A stretch of DNA of 34,077 nt, from contig JBBISH010000067.1 in assembly GCA_037441385.1 (NCBI GenBank), positions 1 to 34,077 of the forward strand, read 5' to 3'. The notes under the pieces are model-generated. The model worked only from the letters and a program-made list of their open reading frames with translations, made no database searches and was not told the origin of the DNA. This document shows positions 29,056-34,077 of this stretch, piece by piece (position 1 is the first letter of the stretch; every line of letters begins with the position of its first letter). Position numbers and translations under genes: made by a program. Source of the stretch: Myxococcales bacterium (GTDB lineage Bacteria > Myxococcota_A > UBA9042).

Positions 29056-29083
29056 GAACCGATCCAACCCCTTGCGAGGACCG

Positions 29084-30523
29084 ATGCCCACCGCCGATTG
29101 GAGCCTTGACCCGCGCGTCCGCACTATTTTCAAGTATCTCCCTTTGCCCATCAAGCTGCCGACCCCGCTGCGCCGCGGCGACCCCAGCACATCCGAACGA
29201 CCCTTGGGCGATACCCGTGCGGTGGTGACCCGCCTGCAAACGCCGACCGATTTGGCGGTGTGCGCGCGGCTGGCCCTGCACGGAGCCTCGGTGACCGTGC
29301 TGGACCCGCTTGCCACCGCGGCGTCGCTGGCCGAGCTCGCCATCCTGGGGGTTCGCCACGCGCCGTGGACGATGGACCTGGCGTCGGTGTTGGCGAATTC
29401 GGCCGCGCGCCAAGACCGCCGGCCCCTGCTGCTGGTGCACCGGCTCGCCGCTTCGCCGGCGGGCGCGACCGCCGTGAACACGGCCACGGACGAGCTTTTC
29501 CAGGTCGGCCAGGCCGTGGCCAGTGCGCCGCGCAACAGTCGGCTGGTCGTGTTGGCGGATTCGCCCTCCAACGACAATGTCGCCGGCCGCCTGAACCTGG
29601 AGGCCGCCCACGGGTGCATTCGCTCCCTTTTCAAGGAGTTGGGCCCGGCCGGCTCGACCTGTCACCTGCTTCGATTGGACGGAGCCAGCGCCGACGCCGT
29701 GGCCGACACCGTGGCCTTTCTGGTCGGGCCGCGCGCCGTGTTCCTGACCGCCTGGGACCTGCGCCTGGGCCCGGACATCGGCCGCGACAGCACGTGGTCC
29801 GGCAAGGTCGTGCTGGTCACCGGCGCGGCCCGCGGCATCGGCGCCAGCATCGCGGCCCGGTTGGCCAAGGCCGGCGCCACGGTGTGGGTCAACGACGTCC
29901 CGCAAGCCGAAGAAGCTGCACGGAAAACTGCCGAGCGCCTGGGGGGCAACGCCTTTGTCGTCCCCGCGGACTGCAGCAGCGACAGCGGCGCCAAAGCGAT
30001 CGCCAAAGCCCTGAGCAGCGGCGGCCGCCTGGACGCGGTCATCCACAACGCCGGGATCACCCGCGACCGCACGCTCAAGCGCCTGTCGCTCGAGCAATGG
30101 CGGCAAGTGCTGAGCGTAGACCTGGCCAGCATGGTGCGCGTGCAAGGGGCCGTGCAACCCCTGATGACTCAAGGCGGTTCCCTGGTCCTCATGTCGTCGG
30201 TGATGGGCGTCGCCGGCAACTTTGGCCAGACCAACTATACCGCGGCCAAAGCGGCTGTGCTCGAACTAGCCAAGATTTGGGCCGAAACCCACGCCGCCCA
30301 GGGCATCCGCGCCAACGCCATCGCCCCCGGATTCATCCTGACCGAGATGACGGCGCACATGCCGCTGTTCAACAAAGAAATGGCCAAGCAGCTCACGGCC
30401 TTGCTCCAGCCCGGACTGCCCGACGACGTCGCCGAGCTGGCCGCGTTCCTGGCCGGCAGCGAGTCGCGCGCCATCACCGGCCAGGTCCTGCGCTGCGACG
30501 GCGGCATGTTCCTTGGCGCCTGA
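29084..30523 (+). CDS. High-molecular-weight 3-oxoacyl reductase (FabG4-like SDR with extra N-terminal domain)
   Basis: RBS GAGGA before ATG 29084; N-terminal LPLPIKLPTPLRR; SDR domain TGAARGIG, HNAGITRD, GNFGQTNYTAAK, NAIAPGFI; C-terminal …FLGA. Confidence 0.85.
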   Translation: MPTADWSLDPRVRTIFKYLPLPIKLPTPLRRGDPSTSERPLGDTRAVVTRLQTPTDLAVCARLALHGASVTVLDPLATAASLAELAILGVRHAPWTMDLASVLANSAARQDRRPLLLVHRLAASPAGATAVNTATDELFQVGQAVASAPRNSRLVVLADSPSNDNVAGRLNLEAAHGCIRSLFKELGPAGSTCHLLRLDGASADAVADTVAFLVGPRAVFLTAWDLRLGPDIGRDSTWSGKVVLVTGAARGIGASIAARLAKAGATVWVNDVPQAEEAARKTAERLGGNAFVVPADCSSDSGAKAIAKALSSGGRLDAVIHNAGITRDRTLKRLSLEQWRQVLSVDLASMVRVQGAVQPLMTQGGSLVLMSSVMGVAGNFGQTNYTAAKAAVLELAKIWAETHAAQGIRANAIAPGFILTEMTAHMPLFNKEMAKQLTALLQPGLPDDVAELAAFLAGSESRAITGQVLRCDGGMFLGA

Positions 30524-30525
30524 AC

Positions 30526-31425
30526 ATGGTCGAATCGGGCATCGAAGTCTCGCAAATTGCCCCGAACCCGGTCCGCGGCAAGGGCATTGCCCTGATCGCG
30601 GCGGGCGCGCTGCTGTTTGCCGCGATGGGCGCGATGGCCAAGCTGGCCAGTTCCGCCATTCCCACCATGGAGTTGCTGGCTTCGCGCTCGGCGGTCACGC
30701 TGCTGGCGATGGAACTGCTGCGCCGACGCATGGGCGAGCCGCTGCGGTTCGCGCGGGTGCCCTACCTGCTGTCGCGCACGCTGGCGGGATTTGTCGGAAT
30801 GGCCTGCTATTTTCATTCCTTGCGCTTCATCCCGCTGGGCGAAGCGGTGCTGCTGAACAACATCTCGCCCGTGCTGACCTCGTTTGCCGCGGTATGGCTG
30901 CTAGGCGAGCGCCTGACCACGTGGAAGGTGACCGCGCTGGCTGTGTCGATGGTGGGTCTGTGGCTGCTGGTCGGCGCGCGCGAACTGGACAGTGTGCAAG
31001 GTCAGGGGGCGCTGCTGGGCGGAGCATCGGCGTTGGCGGGCGCTTGGGCCATGATCTCGCTCAAGAAAGCCGCGGTCGGCAACCGCTCGCTGATGATCGT
31101 GTGGGCGCTGGCAGCGATGTCCCTGACTGGGTCGCTGGTCTTTGCCGACCACAGTTGGCTGTGGCCTGATGGCCGCGAAGGCTTGCTCTTGCTGGGCACG
31201 GGCTTGGCCGCCGCCGGCGCGCAACTGCTCTACACGTCGGGCTATCGCCTGCTCGAAGCCAGCGAAGCCAGCGTCTACGCCTTCTTGACGCCGGTCTTTG
31301 CCACGATCGCGGGCGGTCTGGTGTTTGGCGAGTGGCCGCAGGGCTACGCCCTGGGGGGCGGCCTGCTGATTCTGGGCTCTGGGGTCGCCTCGGCCTGGCG
31401 GCAGACGCGCAGCCGCCCGAGATAA
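30526..31425 (+). CDS. DMT/EamA-family transporter
   Basis: About 10 TM helices in two repeats; IPLGEAVLL…SPV, LLGER and FGEWP. ATG 2 bp after the SDR stop. Confidence 0.9.
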   Translation: MVESGIEVSQIAPNPVRGKGIALIAAGALLFAAMGAMAKLASSAIPTMELLASRSAVTLLAMELLRRRMGEPLRFARVPYLLSRTLAGFVGMACYFHSLRFIPLGEAVLLNNISPVLTSFAAVWLLGERLTTWKVTALAVSMVGLWLLVGARELDSVQGQGALLGGASALAGAWAMISLKKAAVGNRSLMIVWALAAMSLTGSLVFADHSWLWPDGREGLLLLGTGLAAAGAQLLYTSGYRLLEASEASVYAFLTPVFATIAGGLVFGEWPQGYALGGGLLILGSGVASAWRQTRSRPR

Positions 31426-31432
31426 CTTGACG

Positions 31433-32287
31433 CTAAGTCAAGAAATAGGCGATGGCGAACCCGCCGGCGATGTAGCTGGTTGCCTCGACCAGACCGGCAC
31501 CCACGTTGCGATCGCGTTCAATTTCTTCGTGGTACGTCGACCCAGGCAGCAAGAGCAAGTCGCCCAGCCAACGCAACACCGCCAGCATCACCGTGGCAAT
31601 GCCCAGCGCGATGGCCATGTGCACCAGATCCGCGACGATCGTCTCGCCGTGGCCGTTCAGCGCCGCGTTGACCACCTGCCCGGCGGCAACTGCGATACCG
31701 GCAAGGGGCAGTGCCGCGGCCAAGTTGCGGTGCGCCAGTTGCTTCAGGTCGTCGTACGGCGTCAGCCGTTGGTACAGCCACGTCAGGGCGAGCAGCGCGG
31801 TCTGCCCCACGACCACCCAACCCAGGCGCACCAGCCAGTCCTCGTCGTGCCCAAGGGCGCCGCGCAGCACCATCGCGGTCCCAAAGACGATGCCCGCGCG
31901 CGCCGTCGCGACCGCCACGTTGCCCCGGTCCACAACCTCTTTGTCCACGTCGATGCCGCGCAAGATCACCCGCGCGAGCGCCTGCTCGGCAAACCACAGC
32001 GACCCGAGCACCGCGAGCGAAGTCAGCGCAAAATCAGCCGCTTGCTCGACATAGGTCTCGCCACCCCGAACCAACGATCCCAGCAGAGCTACCACCGTGG
32101 CCAGCACGAACAGCGACTGCTCGACCGCCACCGCAACGTTGTCTTCGCTGGCCAGCGCGTGCCCAAGCCGCCGGCCTGCGCGCAAAGCGAACAGGTCGCG
32201 CCCCAGCTTGCCCACTGCAACCACGCCCACCGACAGCCCAAAGTAGGCAGCAGCCACCGCCAAGTGTTCCAAGTCGATGTTGACCAT
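31433..32287 (-). CDS. DUF350-family multi-pass membrane protein
   Basis: Repeated motifs EDNVAVAV, DRGNVAVA, HRNLAAAL and DRNVGAGL; YQRLTPYD. RBS GGAGGAG before ATG 32287. Confidence 0.8.
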   Translation of the reverse strand: MVNIDLEHLAVAAAYFGLSVGVVAVGKLGRDLFALRAGRRLGHALASEDNVAVAVEQSLFVLATVVALLGSLVRGGETYVEQAADFALTSLAVLGSLWFAEQALARVILRGIDVDKEVVDRGNVAVATARAGIVFGTAMVLRGALGHDEDWLVRLGWVVVGQTALLALTWLYQRLTPYDDLKQLAHRNLAAALPLAGIAVAAGQVVNAALNGHGETIVADLVHMAIALGIATVMLAVLRWLGDLLLLPGSTYHEEIERDRNVGAGLVEATSYIAGGFAIAYFLT

Positions 32288-32577
32288 GCTCTCCTCCTGC
32301 CGCCCGCGCCCCGCCGAGACCCGCGGATGCGCTTGTGTCCGTCCGCGGGAGCCTAGCACACACCCGGCCCAAGGGCACGCAGCACCGCCCGATTCGCGTG
32401 CGGTTTTTGGCGGCGGATCGCCGGCTGAGGCTTGGCTGCCCCAGGCAGCTGGGCGCCGGTACCCACAGGCCTTGCCACCGCGGTACATACTCTCTACAAG
32501 GGGAGATTGGATAGGTGTATCTCCACTTTGGGGACGCCTGTCTTTCCGCGGCCCAATCGGCCGCAACCGGGTGCGTC

Positions 32578-34077
32578 ATGTCCGATCGGCACAATGCAAA
32601 GGCTGGCCCAGCAAACAATGCGGGTGCCAAAGCTGGCAAGCAGTTGAACGCCAAGCAAAATCGCGGAGCCGCGCAGGTCCACGACAAGCCGGGTGCCGAT
32701 CCCGCCAAGAAGAAGCCAGAGGTCGAAGAGGCCAAAGCCCCCTCAATGCCCGCACTTGGCGGCGCGGGCGATCCGTTGTCCGGCGGCATGGGCGGCGCGA
32801 TGAACGCGGCCGAGAATGACCCCAAGGCGATGGCCGACCAGCAGGCCGAGCTTGCGCGCATCAAGGCCCTGCCAGCAGGTTCGCCCGAGCTGGAAAACTA
32901 CAAGAAGCCCGAGGCGTTGAGCGCGGCAGTGCCCGAAGGGGCTGGCGCCACCGGCCAGGCCAAGCAGCAGTCCGAGGGCATGTCGCCCAAGACCGAAAAC
33001 CAAGCCCCGGCGACCCTGGGGCCCAACGCCCAACAGGTCAAGACCGAGCCCGCGGGCGACAAGGTCGAGGTTCAAAAAGTCGAGGTCCCGAGCACCCCGC
33101 CGGCTTCGGCCGAGGCCAGCAAGGCGGTTGCGAATGCCACCTCGGCACCTGCCTCCGCTGCCGCGCCACAAGAGTTGGCACCCCAGGCCGCTGCCGAGCC
33201 CGCCAAGAAGGAAGTCGCTCCCGAGGCCGCCGAAAAAAAGCAGCCTGAACAACCAGCTGCGGCCCAGCCCGAAGCGCCCGCACCGGTCGCGGCCGAGGCC
33301 AAGTCTGCCGATCCGGCGCAGGCCCCAAGCGCCACGCCCGAGCGCCCAGAGACCGGCAACGCCACTGGCGAGGCCGACGCCGCCAGCAAAGAGCCCGAAA
33401 AGGTCCCGGAACTTGCGCCGCAAAAGGTCGCCGGCTCGGATGTGCAGCCCGCCGCTGTGGACGCGGCTCCCGCCGAGGCCGCGGCCCTGGACGCACCGGC
33501 CCAAGTCGCCGACCTGGCGCCGAATCAGCCTGCGCCGCAAGAGGTTGCGGGTGCTGCCCCGGCGGAATTGCCCGTGGAGCAAACAGCGGTCGCCAGCGAA
33601 GCCGTGCCCGAGAAGGTCGCCGGCGACGTGGCGCAGACGGGCGAAAAGAAGGCCGAAACTGCCGCTGCTGGCGCTGAGGCTGCCCCCGTCGAAGCCGCGC
33701 CAACCGCCCAGGGCGCTGCCCCCGCGACCGTGGCTGACGCGGGCGTGGCCAAAGCCGCCGATGCCGCGCTGGCCGCCGTGCCCGCCGATGCCAAGGCGGC
33801 GATCAGCCAACTTGCTGCAGCACCTGCAGAAACCGCAGTTGCCGAGGGCGGTCCCGCCGCCCAACCGGCCGCCGCCAGCGAACCCAAGGCCGAAGCCGGC
33901 GCCGCCGAAACCGCGGCCGCTGCTGCCCCGGCCGCCGCGCCGACCGCGGCCCCGCCTAGCGTGGAAGCCGCTGCTCCGGTTGAGCAAACTGCCGCTGCCC
34001 CCGAAGCTCCGGCCCTGGCCGCCGCGGCCCCTGGCTCGGCCCTGGCCGCCGCCCCCGTGGCTCCGGCCGCCGAGGTC
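32578..34077 (+). CDS. Large protein with Ala/Pro/Glu/Lys-rich disordered N-terminus (3' end outside window)
   Basis: Open frame for 500 codons from ATG 32578 (MSDRHNAKAGPANNAGAK…) to the window end, with GC-rich third codon positions. No signal peptide. Not in the ORF track. Confidence 0.8.
   Translation, partial: MSDRHNAKAGPANNAGAKAGKQLNAKQNRGAAQVHDKPGADPAKKKPEVEEAKAPSMPALGGAGDPLSGGMGGAMNAAENDPKAMADQQAELARIKALPAGSPELENYKKPEALSAAVPEGAGATGQAKQQSEGMSPKTENQAPATLGPNAQQVKTEPAGDKVEVQKVEVPSTPPASAEASKAVANATSAPASAAAPQELAPQAAAEPAKKEVAPEAAEKKQPEQPAAAQPEAPAPVAAEAKSADPAQAPSATPERPETGNATGEADAASKEPEKVPELAPQKVAGSDVQPAAVDAAPAEAAALDAPAQVADLAPNQPAPQEVAGAAPAELPVEQTAVASEAVPEKVAGDVAQTGEKKAETAAAGAEAAPVEAAPTAQGAAPATVADAGVAKAADAALAAVPADAKAAISQLAAAPAETAVAEGGPAAQPAAASEPKAEAGAAETAAAAAPAAAPTAAPPSVEAAAPVEQTAAAPEAPALAAAAPGSALAAAPVAPAAEV

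Noticed and set aside
29260..31425. Apparent 721-aa ORF suggesting a large N-terminal extension on EamA
   Set aside because: The first ~420 codons are an Arg/Pro-rich alternative frame of the SDR gene. The real start is ATG 30526.

Overview
GC-rich chromosomal segment that looks like Myxococcota/Deltaproteobacteria, judged from a MYXO-CTERM-like sorting tail, a membrane Ser/Thr kinase with a PEGA-like end, and lipoproteins with Asp-rich linkers and Cys-rich repeats. There are about 22 protein-coding genes; the two at the window edges are truncated and missing from the ORF track. Gene order: lipoprotein (partial) <- TPR protein <- Ser/Thr kinase | Cys-rich repeat lipoprotein -> TMTC-like GT-C glycosyltransferase -> two HCCA-isomerase/kappa-GST paralogues | alpha/beta-hydrolase lipoprotein <- mlaD <- degenerate mlaF-like <- mlaE <- argH | MFS -> RlmD-type methyltransferase -> amidase with MYXO-CTERM-like tail -> cyclophilin -> TPR-CHAT protease | PMM/PGM <- -> FabG4-like SDR -> EamA | DUF350 <- -> long disordered protein (partial). 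No rRNA, tRNA, CRISPR array or transposase was seen. The most notable observations are: (1) an intact MCE operon whose ATPase has lost every catalytic motif; (2) a degenerate dispersed structured repeat, one copy of which is read in-frame as the tail of an HCCA-isomerase gene; (3) a lipoprotein made of 98-aa, 14-Cys repeats next to a TMTC-like glycosyltransferase; (4) a probably exported TPR-CHAT protease gene flanked by CTAGAG-ended inverted-repeat elements and preceded by a 25-bp palindrome. All calls come from reading motifs by eye; no database searches were run.
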